From: a virus
Lineage: Duplodnaviria; Caudoviricetes
Direction: 5' to 3' (one strand)
Length of the DNA: 36,878 nucleotides
Virus record (IMG/VR): IMGVR_UViG_3300023197_000202
Location: 1 to 36,878 of that record
Each line of letters opens with the position of its first letter. The first letter of the stretch is position 1. Made by a program: the position numbers and the translations under genes. The notes under the pieces were generated by a model. That model was not told the DNA's origin and made no database searches. It saw nothing but the letters and a program-made list of their open reading frames with translations. Shown here one piece after another: positions 10,118-18,995 of the stretch.

Positions 10118-10302
10118 GGCTCGACGTCCATCGTCGTGTCAGACTTGAGGAGTGTCTCGGACTGATTCCCAACTACGTAGATCCCCATCCAGCCGTCGTG
10201 CTTGATCGACTCGGTGTCGGGGCCAGACACGAGTCCAGGTGGAAATACACCTGGACGGTTGTCCTTCACAACGGGCAGGGGGTGGGGTTCAGAGGGAGAC
10301 AT
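10114..10302 (-). CDS. Small hypothetical protein
   Basis: Fills the gap in the operon with a 4-bp overlap to the next gene. Confidence 0.55.
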   Translation of the reverse strand: MSPSEPHPLPVVKDNRPGVFPPGLVSGPDTESIKHDGWMGIYVVGNQSETLLKSDTTMDVEP

Positions 10303-10333
10303 TGGGGTTCCAAGGAGGTGTATTCGTCAGATT

Positions 10334-10663
10334 CTACGTCGTAAGGGTGGTGAACCCGTTCGGACGTGCGAGCCGATTCGTCGGATCAGCGAGGACGGCA
10401 CGATGCCAGTATCGATCTCCACCAGCGTTGTATTCGATATCTACGGACTCGTGGGAGGCCGATTGAACGCGTGGATCCTTCGAGGACGCAAGGTGTGCAG
10501 CCAGATAGGTTTCGACGGCTGCCAGCGCGTCTTCATCCGATGTGTGTTCCGAACATCGGTTCTCGACGATGCGATGTGCGTCCTCGACGAAGGCAATGAG
10601 ATCGGACTCACTGAGATCCGTCTCGAAAATCTCGGCAACGTCGTGATAATTGATTCGTGACAT
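10334..10663 (-). CDS. Head-tail adaptor protein
   Basis: Directly after the major capsid gene; helical FVEDAHRIVE...YLAAHLA pattern typical of gp6/gp15-like adaptors. Confidence 0.75.
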   Translation of the reverse strand: MSRINYHDVAEIFETDLSESDLIAFVEDAHRIVENRCSEHTSDEDALAAVETYLAAHLASSKDPRVQSASHESVDIEYNAGGDRYWHRAVLADPTNRLARPNGFTTLTT

Positions 10664-10713
10664 GGGTAGAAGCCCCCACTACTCAGAACGAGTAGTGGAT
10701 GAAAGACGCCAGA

Positions 10714-11562
10714 TTACGCCTCGATCTTGACGCCGGCCTTCGGGCGAATGCACTTCCAGCCCATCCGGGTACGAACCTGGACGACACGCTTGTTCTTGGA
10801 CTCCTTCTCGTACTGCTCGGAGGTGAAGTCCTCTCGGACGGACTCGATGCCGTACCGATCGGTGTCGAACATCAGGCCCTCGCCTGCTCCGAGCGAACCA
10901 CCGTCACCGACGTAGATGTCGATGCCGGCGATCTGTCCGAAGGCACCATCGCGAACCGTCTCGTCACCGAGCTCGGTTGCGTGCGTGAACTTGTTGGACT
11001 TCATCAGATCGGCCTTCGACTGGGCCGAGACGATGAGCAGATCCGGTTCGTAGCTCTCATCTTCGAGGGCTGCCATCGCGTCGATAGCAGTCGCGTAGTC
11101 CATGGAGCCACCCGCGTCACCAATCGGGGAATCCTGGAGGTTGTTGTAGACAGAGTTGGTGCTGTCGTAGTCCGTAATCTCGGCTTCGGCAGCCGAGTCG
11201 AGAGCCTCTGCGAGCTCACGAGCCTTGTCCTCCGTCTGGAGGTTAAGGACGTCGAGCTTCGAGTCCTGGATGGCCTCGTACGTGAGCTCGACTTCTGCCC
11301 CGTACTTGTCGTGCGAGACAGTCACCTTGTCCATCTGCTCGTCGCTCGAGGGGAACGATTCACCCTCGGCCACGACGCCAGCGGACGCGGTGACATCCTG
11401 ACTGACAGGGATCTGGATAGTGCTGGAATCGCGATCCGTGCTGTCGATGCTACGGAAGGCTCGGCGATAAACCAGGTTCTCCTCCGCAACGCCTTCGATT
11501 TCCGCTCGAACCGCTTCCTGATCGATAACTTCGCTACTGTTGACAGTTCCGTCGTTAGTCAT
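10714..11562 (-). CDS. Major capsid protein, HK97 fold (no delta domain)
   Basis: VAEGE..P, KYG..VELTYEAIQDS and GAFGQIAGI motifs; follows the protease/scaffold gene. Confidence 0.92.
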   Translation of the reverse strand: MTNDGTVNSSEVIDQEAVRAEIEGVAEENLVYRRAFRSIDSTDRDSSTIQIPVSQDVTASAGVVAEGESFPSSDEQMDKVTVSHDKYGAEVELTYEAIQDSKLDVLNLQTEDKARELAEALDSAAEAEITDYDSTNSVYNNLQDSPIGDAGGSMDYATAIDAMAALEDESYEPDLLIVSAQSKADLMKSNKFTHATELGDETVRDGAFGQIAGIDIYVGDGGSLGAGEGLMFDTDRYGIESVREDFTSEQYEKESKNKRVVQVRTRMGWKCIRPKAGVKIEA

Positions 11563-11602
11563 TGTAAGAAAACCTCAGATAAATTAGAATTGAGTAAACG
11601 CG

Positions 11603-12838
11603 TTACTCCCGCAGCTCGGCCAGCTCTGCCTCGAATTCCGCCTTGGCTTTGCTCCAACCGAGTTCGTCGTACTTTGCTACCTTCTCCTCAAGCGAGGCGA
11701 TCTCCGCTTCGTTGTCTTCAGAAGTGGTAGAGAGCTCTTCCTCGGACGACGCGTCGCCCGTCTGTGGGGCAGGGACGTCATCCTGTGTCGAAACCTGAGC
11801 CTCGCTCTGTGCAAGCGACGCCTCTTCGGCTTCGAACTTCTCCTTGAGCGTGTCGAACGCGAAGGTTTCCGCCAGTTCCGACGCCGTAAACGGGCCGTCG
11901 TCAGCGAGTCGCTCGGCATATTCCATCCGAACCGACTCGAGCTCCTGACGAAGCTCCTCGTTCTCTGCTCGAAGTTCAGCAATATCCTCTTGGAGTTCAG
12001 CTTCCTGGGGTTCAGACTCGACGTCGGCTTCGTCGGCCTCAGTCAGTTCTGCTTCCGCTTCAGGATCGGCCTCGGCCTCGACATCAGTACCGTCGTCGAG
12101 CTCGGCTTCTTCGACTTCGGAGGCCTCAGCAGCCTCTTCGTCAAGTTCAGCCTCGTTGGCCTCACCCTCGGGAGCTTCGTCCAGAGAGTCAGTTTCAGTA
12201 TCAGTCATATTAGAATCGAAATCCGTAGTAGAACCAGTCCGAGTACTCTGCCCACCGTCCGCGATTTGGGCGTCATAGCGCTCGTCATCGTCTTCCAACA
12301 TCTCAGCCACGTCGTCGGTTGAGAGGGAAGCCAGCGCCTCGGCTGGACTTTCGCCAGACTTGACAGAATTCGACGGGGCAGCACCGCGTGGAACGACAGA
12401 GAGATCGAGGAACCGAATGTTCTCGACAATCATCGCTCCGTCATCAGTGTGCCCACCAACCGCGTGAACGGCGTGAATCGAAACCTCAAGCCGGCCACGT
12501 TGAATCTTCTCGGCAATTTCTTCGTCGTCAACCTCAGCCTCGTAGACGATACCGACACCGTCCGAGTACCCAACGTCGACGACTTCGCCGATGACAGATT
12601 CAACGCGTTCGTCATCATGGTTCTTCGTGAGGGGAACCCCCACGAGCGTGGATGCAGAGCGACGGAGTTCGTCGGCAGGCCACAACTTCGGGCCGTGCTC
12701 TCCAACCGTCACATCATCCTCTCCGATCGCGACACCGTGGACTCTATACGGAGCCTCGTCGCCATCGTGAGCCGAACATCGAGCAATCCCAGTCGGGGCT
12801 CCAGATGTCCGTTCGTGTGCATCAGATTCAGCAGTCAT
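11603..12838 (-). CDS. Prohead protease-scaffold fusion (start ATG 12838)
   Basis: N-terminal GVPLTKNH...EVSI...DLSVVPRGA protease-like domain, then an acidic linker and coiled-coil scaffold; the ATG sits just after the upstream stop. Confidence 0.85.
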   Translation of the reverse strand: MTAESDAHERTSGAPTGIARCSAHDGDEAPYRVHGVAIGEDDVTVGEHGPKLWPADELRRSASTLVGVPLTKNHDDERVESVIGEVVDVGYSDGVGIVYEAEVDDEEIAEKIQRGRLEVSIHAVHAVGGHTDDGAMIVENIRFLDLSVVPRGAAPSNSVKSGESPAEALASLSTDDVAEMLEDDDERYDAQIADGGQSTRTGSTTDFDSNMTDTETDSLDEAPEGEANEAELDEEAAEASEVEEAELDDGTDVEAEADPEAEAELTEADEADVESEPQEAELQEDIAELRAENEELRQELESVRMEYAERLADDGPFTASELAETFAFDTLKEKFEAEEASLAQSEAQVSTQDDVPAPQTGDASSEEELSTTSEDNEAEIASLEEKVAKYDELGWSKAKAEFEAELAELRE

Positions 12839-12842
12839 AGAA

Positions 12843-13163
12843 TTATTGAGAAATGATAATATCGTGGTAGCCGACGTTCGGGAATGTCTCGACACTCCCG
12901 TCCTCGTACGTCACGACAAATTCGGCTCGATACCGGCCAGGTGTGGCAGTATCTTCTTCGGCCCACGAGTAGCGAACGACGCCATTCGTTGCGTCGGCGA
13001 TCGTCGCGCCTGTGTCGATCGTGACGACCGCACCGCGAGGTTCGAGCATCGCGAACCGAACAGAGGCCCCAGTAAGGTTGATGGGTGAACCTGTTGAGTC
13101 AGTAAGCGTGGCCTCGATTACAGGCGCAGTGTCAGACGACTTGAGATAGAAGGTTCCACCCAT
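12843..13163 (-). CDS. BppU N-terminal-like small Ig/beta-sandwich virion protein
   Basis: DTAP..EATL..PINLTGASVRF..GVVRYSW..DT..G.Y.AEF..ETFP pattern. Confidence 0.7.
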   Translation of the reverse strand: MGGTFYLKSSDTAPVIEATLTDSTGSPINLTGASVRFAMLEPRGAVVTIDTGATIADATNGVVRYSWAEEDTATPGRYRAEFVVTYEDGSVETFPNVGYHDIIISQ

Positions 13164-13177
13164 CAGTAGAAATCAGA

Positions 13178-13567
13178 TTACTCCAGTTCCAGGCCGACGT
13201 TCGAGAGATCAAGCGTGTCGATCGCCGACAGATCGTAGCTCGAATCCAGTGCGTTCGTGAAGATCAGATCGCCACTCGTCGTGTCACGAACGTAGATGGC
13301 GTCGATAGTCTGAGTGGAGTCACTCGAATCGAAGGTGAGCGAGCCCAGATCGATTTCAGTCGTGCCACTGTTAGTCGCAACAGTGCCACCAGCCGACGTC
13401 TGGACTGCGTAGGCAGAACCACTTGGTTCAGTGGTGATACTGGAATAGGTAGCACTGTCGCTCAGTGCGTCTGTACTATCGTTATAGAGTCCGACGTCCA
13501 TGTCGCGCGAGCCGAGGGCTGCGGTAAGGACAAGATTCTCTCCGAGATCGTGTAGATTGGCAGGCAT
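13178..13567 (-). CDS. Small beta-sandwich virion (fibre-associated) protein; start ATG 13567
   Basis: VGLYN...EPSGSAYA...LTF pattern seen in small phage fibre-associated proteins; start chosen from the leader context. Confidence 0.6.
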   Translation of the reverse strand: MPANLHDLGENLVLTAALGSRDMDVGLYNDSTDALSDSATYSSITTEPSGSAYAVQTSAGGTVATNSGTTEIDLGSLTFDSSDSTQTIDAIYVRDTTSGDLIFTNALDSSYDLSAIDTLDLSNVGLELE

Positions 13568-13666
13568 AAGTTGTGAAAAACTGCGAATGAGTTCGGACAC
13601 CGTGTCCGTGCAATAGCTGATCAGCGACGTAGCGACAGAAACGAGAGCGCGTCCTCTACTACTCCT

Positions 13667-13708
13667 TACGTGCTCTACTTACGTGACACTTCTCCGATAC
13701 TGAGATAG
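13667..13708 (-). promoter_or_regulatory. Putative viral late promoter element, copy 2
   Basis: 32/42 ungapped identity with 22733-22774; both copies lie upstream of minus-strand structural operons. Confidence 0.7.
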
Positions 13709-13878
13709 GCCAAGATTTTCCAACCCATTGAACGAAAGTGGCCGTAATTCCCGATGAAGGTTCTGAGTGTGTGAACTATAACCCCTTATTTAGCAACTAT
13801 AACGTCTATTTGGTTCAGAGACTTTGAATTTAATTCACAGTCATAACAATTAAGGCATCTCTCGATAAACAGGATTCC

Positions 13879-14586
13879 ATGTCGCAACAGAGCGCGAAAG
13901 AAGACATCGTCCGCGAACTTCGGAATACCGATGAACCAGCCCTATCGGCCAAGCACTTGGCAGAGAATCTGGACTACTCAGTCCGAACGATCAACAATCA
14001 CGTTTCAGAGCTTGTAGACAAGGATCGGATCGAAGCGACACAAATCGGGAATGCAACAGCCTACTACATCCCAGTTGACGAACATACGTCACACAGGAAC
14101 CCTGAGCACACGTGTACTCGATGTGGACGAACAACGGCTCTACATGATTTCGCAAAGGTAGAGTTCGACACCTATTTTGATTCTGGAAACATCGAAGATT
14201 CCACGTCTGACTTCGACATTCTCTGCCGATTCTGTTATTCAGATATTATTTCTTGGGTTAACAACGACACGGCCACAATGGGGGAATACCGGCGTGTCCA
14301 TAACTGGTTAATTCCTGAGAATCAACTCAACGAGGTACGGAATGATCCAGACATCGTTACCGCTCCGAGTCTGGATCCCCTGGACGGTGATACCCGAGAG
14401 CTCTTCGAGATCATATCCGATGTCGCAGGAGACGAAGGGGCTCCAAAACCAGACGTAGAGTCGAGGGCCGAAGAGGCTGGCTTCCGGCCCGCAGAAACTG
14501 AAAGACTTCTGAAAGAACTACTCAGGAAAGGATACCTGTTCGAAACACTTGAAGGCCTTACGATGAACTACATCCCTGCAAAGTAA
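13879..14586 (+). CDS. HTH - Zn finger - winged helix protein (inserted accessory regulator)
   Basis: N-terminal LSAKHLAENLDYSVRTINNHV HTH, CTRC...CRFC, C-terminal wHTH-like ETERLLKELLRKGYLFE; opposite strand with an AT-rich upstream region. Confidence 0.8.
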   Translation: MSQQSAKEDIVRELRNTDEPALSAKHLAENLDYSVRTINNHVSELVDKDRIEATQIGNATAYYIPVDEHTSHRNPEHTCTRCGRTTALHDFAKVEFDTYFDSGNIEDSTSDFDILCRFCYSDIISWVNNDTATMGEYRRVHNWLIPENQLNEVRNDPDIVTAPSLDPLDGDTRELFEIISDVAGDEGAPKPDVESRAEEAGFRPAETERLLKELLRKGYLFETLEGLTMNYIPAK

Positions 14587-14593
14587 CGCAGGT

Positions 14594-17500
14594 TCACTGG
14601 TTGTCGGAGTCCGACAGCTCCGAGGTATTTTTCGACTTTGTGAGACTCGAGCCGTTGGATCCGACCAAGTCAGAGTTGTTCCTGGACGCATCGAAGGTTC
14701 GGATCTGACGGATGAATGTGAACGAGGTACGCATCTCCGTCGTCGCACCATACTTGCCCGCGAGTGCTTTGGAGAGTACACCAGCGTCGGCCTCGAACTC
14801 TGTTGCGGTACTCGCAACCTTCGTTGCACTCACACTCGACGCAGTGTACACGGGAGTGGAGGAGAAAGACGCGGAGGCGATCGTCTTTACCGACGTCGGC
14901 CTTGCAGTTGTCGTGCCCGACGGAGTCTGCATCGTCGTTGAGGCTGAGACAGGCGTCGAGGTAGCATCGGTACCCTTTCGGGCACTACCTGTCTTCGTCG
15001 CCGACGAGGCTGTAACTGTGGTGGCCACAGAGACAACCAGTCCGTCTCCAACGGTAGTCAACGGTGTGGTGCTGCCGGGCACCTTCGTCGACGAAACGTC
15101 TGCTGTACCGACACTGGACGGCGTCTGTGTCGACGCCGAAGCTGCCACCTTCGTGGCTGACGGAGTAGATGAGCTCGTTCCCGACGGCGTCTGCATTGTC
15201 GTTGACGCCGTCGCCTTCGTCGCGTCAGCGAAGACACCGTTTATTGCTGTGAACAGTGTCGCTGTCGAGACAACCTTTGTTGCGCTCGGAGACGCACTGG
15301 TTGCGCCGACAGGCGAGAACATCGTCGACGAACCTGCCACCTTCGTTCCAGACGGCGTCGCGATTCCAGTTCCCGATCCTGTCGACATCGTCGCAGTCCC
15401 ACCAGTCTTCGAAGCGCTCGCGCCCGACGAGCTCAATGCGTCAGGCGTGAACGGTGAGGCGGACGCTGACATCTTCGTCGACGCAGGCGTCGCGAGTCCC
15501 TCCCCAGACGCAGCAGACATTGTGGACGAGCCAGGCGTCTTCTCGACTGTGATCGACGCAGTACTGGTCGGAGTCCACGCACTCTGGTTCGCTGCGTACT
15601 CTGGGTACATTCCGAGATCGTAACTATACCCAGATGTGTCCAGAGTCTCGATGAAGGAACCGTCGCTCATATCGTACTGGTTGAGTACGACATCAGTTCC
15701 ATTGTAGAAGGTGGTGTAGAGATTTCCGTGGACTGTGACGTCAATCTCCTGTGGATTCGAATTGATCTCATTACTCCAATCAACAGTGTTATTATCAAGA
15801 TCGTACCGCTCAAGATAGTAGTCTGAATTACTGTCGAGGTATCCGACGTAGAGATTTGCATTGTCATCGACAACGCCAGCGTACACTGTTTCGTAATCGA
15901 CAGAATTCGTCGTAACAGTCGATCCATCACTGACATTCAGTTTCTTTATATCAGGGCCAATTCCACCAGTAATGTTAGCGTAAATATATCCAGCACCGTC
16001 GGTGAAGACTAAAGCATCACCACCGTAGTCGGTGGAGAAGTCACGTACCCAAGATTCACTCCCACCGCCAGCTCTGTCGTATCTGGTGACAGTACTGCCA
16101 CGTCCTCCGATGTAGATGTTCTCACTGGAATCGATAGCAGATGAAACGATGTCAGTCGAAACATTGCCAGTCCATACCTCATCACCTGTATCCTTGTTCA
16201 GTCTGAACAGTCTGTCTCCAGAATTGTCTACGAGGTAGAGCGTGTCCTCTCCAACCTTGAGAGAGACGGTGTCGAAAGTGAGAGAACTGTTACTCCACAA
16301 TTGAGATCCCGTCTCATCGTAGGCGTATACCTCGTTAGAACCAGAGTCCCCCACGTAGGCGATTCTATCAGAGTCAGTCTCAACAACATCTACAGATAGG
16401 CTCGTGACACTCCACTGCTTCGTCCCATCACTGTTGTACTTGTAGAGGCCGTTAACATTTCCAGCGTAGCTGAAGTCCGACTCAGATGGGAGTCCCGACG
16501 AAATCGTCGACGGCGTCGGGAAAGACGTGTCAGCTGTTACCTTCGACGACGACGCAGCCACGCCTCGGGATGCAGACGGCGTCTGCATCGTAGCGCTCGA
16601 CGTCATCTTCGTTGCAACAACAGGAACGGCAGCCCTCACTGTCTGCATCGAAGCACTGCCTCCGTACTTGGATGCAGAGGCAGCCGATGAGCTCGTTCCA
16701 GACGACGTTGCCATCGTCGTGGCCCCACTCACCTTCGTCGCGATCGGGGCCGACGTGGTAGCGCCTGAGACGGTATTGAGTCCGGATGTACTGGCAACCT
16801 TCGTGGCCGACGCAGCTGCAGCGATTGCACCCGAAGCTGTCTTTTGCGTGGAAGAGGAACCAACTTTCGTGGCCGTGGCCGACTTCTTTACAGTCGTGCT
16901 CCAGGAGTCGGGGAAGGACTCGTACTTTGGGTGGCCTGTGACACTCTCATTAAGTCCGTCGAATAAGAACGTATCACCTGAAGTCCAATCCTTTGACTGA
17001 TTCTCTGTGTCATATTTGAACAGCTCGTTGTTTCCTCGATCACCAACGTAGAGCTTCGACTCCGGAGTCAGGCTTAGATGACGTGCCTCACCAGCTATAT
17101 TTTTGTTTGAGAGAATTGTCCCGTCACTACTGTCGATGGTGACGATCTCCCCACCATCCCCACCGACGTGGATTATACCGTCATCTCGGACTACAATGTC
17201 GGAATAGAACTTCGAGACGTCGTGATCGCCTGCATGTCGCTCCCAGAGTCGGGTACCTCCAACGTCAGCATCATCATAAGCGATAATGTAGCCCGTGTGA
17301 TCTGACGTAATGATGGTTCCGTTGTACCAGGCAACACCCCAGATAGTGCCCTCACCTGCTGACTTCTGCCACTGAGTCGTACCAGTGGAATCAATCTTGG
17401 TGATACGCTGGTTAGACTCCTCAGAGACGTAGATATTATCGCTATCGTCAACTGTTATACCGAACGAATTTCCGGGATCGAAGTTCTCCCAAACAAGATC

Positions 17501-17812
17501 CCCAGTCGACACGTCGATCTTCTGGAGACGATTATAGTTGTCTCCTGCCCCGTAAACGTAGTTTCCATCTGAGGAGAAGACAAAGTCCTTGTGTTCAGCA
17601 TTGACATATGTGTCGTAGACGACATTGAAATTTGGGTCGAGCTTGACAGTGTTCTGATTGCCCGCACCAAAATAGATATTTCCGTCTACGTCAGTAGTAA
17701 CTGAACTAATAGAGCTGCCATAATCGTATCTGTCGAGTTCAGATCCATCACTGGGATCGATTTTGACGACAGCGTTCTCTTTTCCTGTATAAAGGTGGTG
17801 TGTAGTAGCCAT
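14594..17812 (-). CDS. Fibre/adhesin with two PQQ/WD-like beta-propellers and Ser/Thr/Ala repeat stalks
   Basis: Repeated D.DGNIYVG...KID..G...W blades in two blocks, separated and followed by 20-22 aa ATK repeats. Confidence 0.8.
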   Translation of the reverse strand: MATTHHLYTGKENAVVKIDPSDGSELDRYDYGSSISSVTTDVDGNIYFGAGNQNTVKLDPNFNVVYDTYVNAEHKDFVFSSDGNYVYGAGDNYNRLQKIDVSTGDLVWENFDPGNSFGITVDDSDNIYVSEESNQRITKIDSTGTTQWQKSAGEGTIWGVAWYNGTIITSDHTGYIIAYDDADVGGTRLWERHAGDHDVSKFYSDIVVRDDGIIHVGGDGGEIVTIDSSDGTILSNKNIAGEARHLSLTPESKLYVGDRGNNELFKYDTENQSKDWTSGDTFLFDGLNESVTGHPKYESFPDSWSTTVKKSATATKVGSSSTQKTASGAIAAAASATKVASTSGLNTVSGATTSAPIATKVSGATTMATSSGTSSSAASASKYGGSASMQTVRAAVPVVATKMTSSATMQTPSASRGVAASSSKVTADTSFPTPSTISSGLPSESDFSYAGNVNGLYKYNSDGTKQWSVTSLSVDVVETDSDRIAYVGDSGSNEVYAYDETGSQLWSNSSLTFDTVSLKVGEDTLYLVDNSGDRLFRLNKDTGDEVWTGNVSTDIVSSAIDSSENIYIGGRGSTVTRYDRAGGGSESWVRDFSTDYGGDALVFTDGAGYIYANITGGIGPDIKKLNVSDGSTVTTNSVDYETVYAGVVDDNANLYVGYLDSNSDYYLERYDLDNNTVDWSNEINSNPQEIDVTVHGNLYTTFYNGTDVVLNQYDMSDGSFIETLDTSGYSYDLGMYPEYAANQSAWTPTSTASITVEKTPGSSTMSAASGEGLATPASTKMSASASPFTPDALSSSGASASKTGGTATMSTGSGTGIATPSGTKVAGSSTMFSPVGATSASPSATKVVSTATLFTAINGVFADATKATASTTMQTPSGTSSSTPSATKVAASASTQTPSSVGTADVSSTKVPGSTTPLTTVGDGLVVSVATTVTASSATKTGSARKGTDATSTPVSASTTMQTPSGTTTARPTSVKTIASASFSSTPVYTASSVSATKVASTATEFEADAGVLSKALAGKYGATTEMRTSFTFIRQIRTFDASRNNSDLVGSNGSSLTKSKNTSELSDSDNQ

Positions 17813-17828
17813 GTATTAGAGTGTATTG

Positions 17829-18008
17829 TTACTGAGTATCAAAATGAAAGCCAGAGGCAGCTGTATAGCACAGTTCACCATCCTTGTCGGTAGGATCAGG
17901 AACTGAGTCCACGATGATTGAGCCCTTCTTTTTTTCGTCAGAGAGCTGATTCGGTTTATAATGAACACTGGTTACGCGATCGTCAACATCAGTCCAGATG
18001 GCAGGCAT
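17829..18008 (-). CDS. 59-aa putative fibre-associated chaperone (missing from the ORF track)
   Basis: MPAIWTDVDDRVTSVHYKPNQLSDEKKKGSIIVDSVPDPTDKDGELCYTAASGFHFDTQ; fills the gap between MuF and the fibre gene. Confidence 0.7.
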   Translation of the reverse strand: MPAIWTDVDDRVTSVHYKPNQLSDEKKKGSIIVDSVPDPTDKDGELCYTAASGFHFDTQ

Positions 18009-18074
18009 AATTGGATAGTAATCTGATAGTCAGTCTCGTAGCGATACGTAGCGACAATTATTGGCTCAGACAGC

Positions 18075-18902
18075 CTATGAGTTCGTCACAGGAAGCCAGG
18101 CGCAACGGCAGGACGGGTGGGCCGGGAGTTTCCCCCGTGCCTCCTCAAGCGTGTACGTGTTGCCCTGGAGGGAGGCGCAGATCGGACACACACGAGAGTC
18201 ACCGGCTGTACTCCATTCGACGTCAGCCTGTACCTCCTCGAAGCCCTCGCGTCCGAGGCGATCAAGTGTACCCTCTGCGTGAGCATGGATAATCTCAGTC
18301 CGGCCCAGAAGACGAGCTCGTGTAATCCCAACCTTGTCGACGCGATCGTTGATATTTCGGGCAGCATCGCGAGGGTTCAGGCCCTCCGATAGTGCCTCCG
18401 CCAGTTCGTCCCCGATCTCGTCGCTCATGTCGGAGGTGATCCCGTTCAGGTTCTCGAACACACGGGTGTGCAACTGTTCCAACTTCTGACGATGCACAGG
18501 TGTGTTGAACACGTCCGCGACGGATTCCTGCTGGACGTCGACACCTCGGCTCCGAAGTTCCTTTCCTGCGTCTTGAGCACCCTTCGAGTAGGCCTTCCGG
18601 AGATACTGAGCCGAGTAATGATTTCCACGACGGACAGCGTCTGGATTCTCGACGACGAGGACGCCGTTATCGATCTGTTTCTGCAGCCAGGCCTCGAAGC
18701 GACGACGCTTCTCCGAGTCAGAGAGAAACTGGTACTCTCGTGGATTCGGAGCAGCATTACGAACTCGCTGCGAACCCAGGTGGAGCACGTCACGCTCCTC
18801 GATGGCTGTGCGAAGCTGGCCCTTCAACTGTCGGAATCGTTTGTAGTACGCAGCTTCGTGCTTCTTCCGAAGCGACTTCGTCTGGGTTGGATCGAGACTC
18901 AT
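18075..18902 (-). CDS. MuF/SPP1 gp7-family minor head protein
   Basis: RARLLGRTE, W.TAGDSRVCPIC and PAHPSCRC motifs; follows the portal. Confidence 0.93.
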   Translation of the reverse strand: MSLDPTQTKSLRKKHEAAYYKRFRQLKGQLRTAIEERDVLHLGSQRVRNAAPNPREYQFLSDSEKRRRFEAWLQKQIDNGVLVVENPDAVRRGNHYSAQYLRKAYSKGAQDAGKELRSRGVDVQQESVADVFNTPVHRQKLEQLHTRVFENLNGITSDMSDEIGDELAEALSEGLNPRDAARNINDRVDKVGITRARLLGRTEIIHAHAEGTLDRLGREGFEEVQADVEWSTAGDSRVCPICASLQGNTYTLEEARGKLPAHPSCRCAWLPVTNS

Positions 18903-18995
18903 TAGAATTTGTTAGAGAGTATGTTTCGGCAGCTGGCACGGGAGTGAGAAGAGAGATGGCCCCGCTCCCGCACCAGCCAGTCGGTTAGTCAGGAA

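Noticed and set aside
10699-11730. 343-aa plus-strand ORF
   Set aside because: Antisense shadow of the capsid gene; high-GC acidic codon bias (GAC/GAG) suppresses stops on the opposite strand.
14712-17000. 303-aa and 157-aa plus-strand Val/Ala/Asp-rich ORFs
   Set aside because: Exact antisense of the Ser/Thr/Ala stalk repeats of the fibre gene.
14594-17812. Diversity-generating retroelement or invertible fibre switch
   Set aside because: No reverse transcriptase, invertase, template/variable repeat pair or flanking inverted repeats seen.
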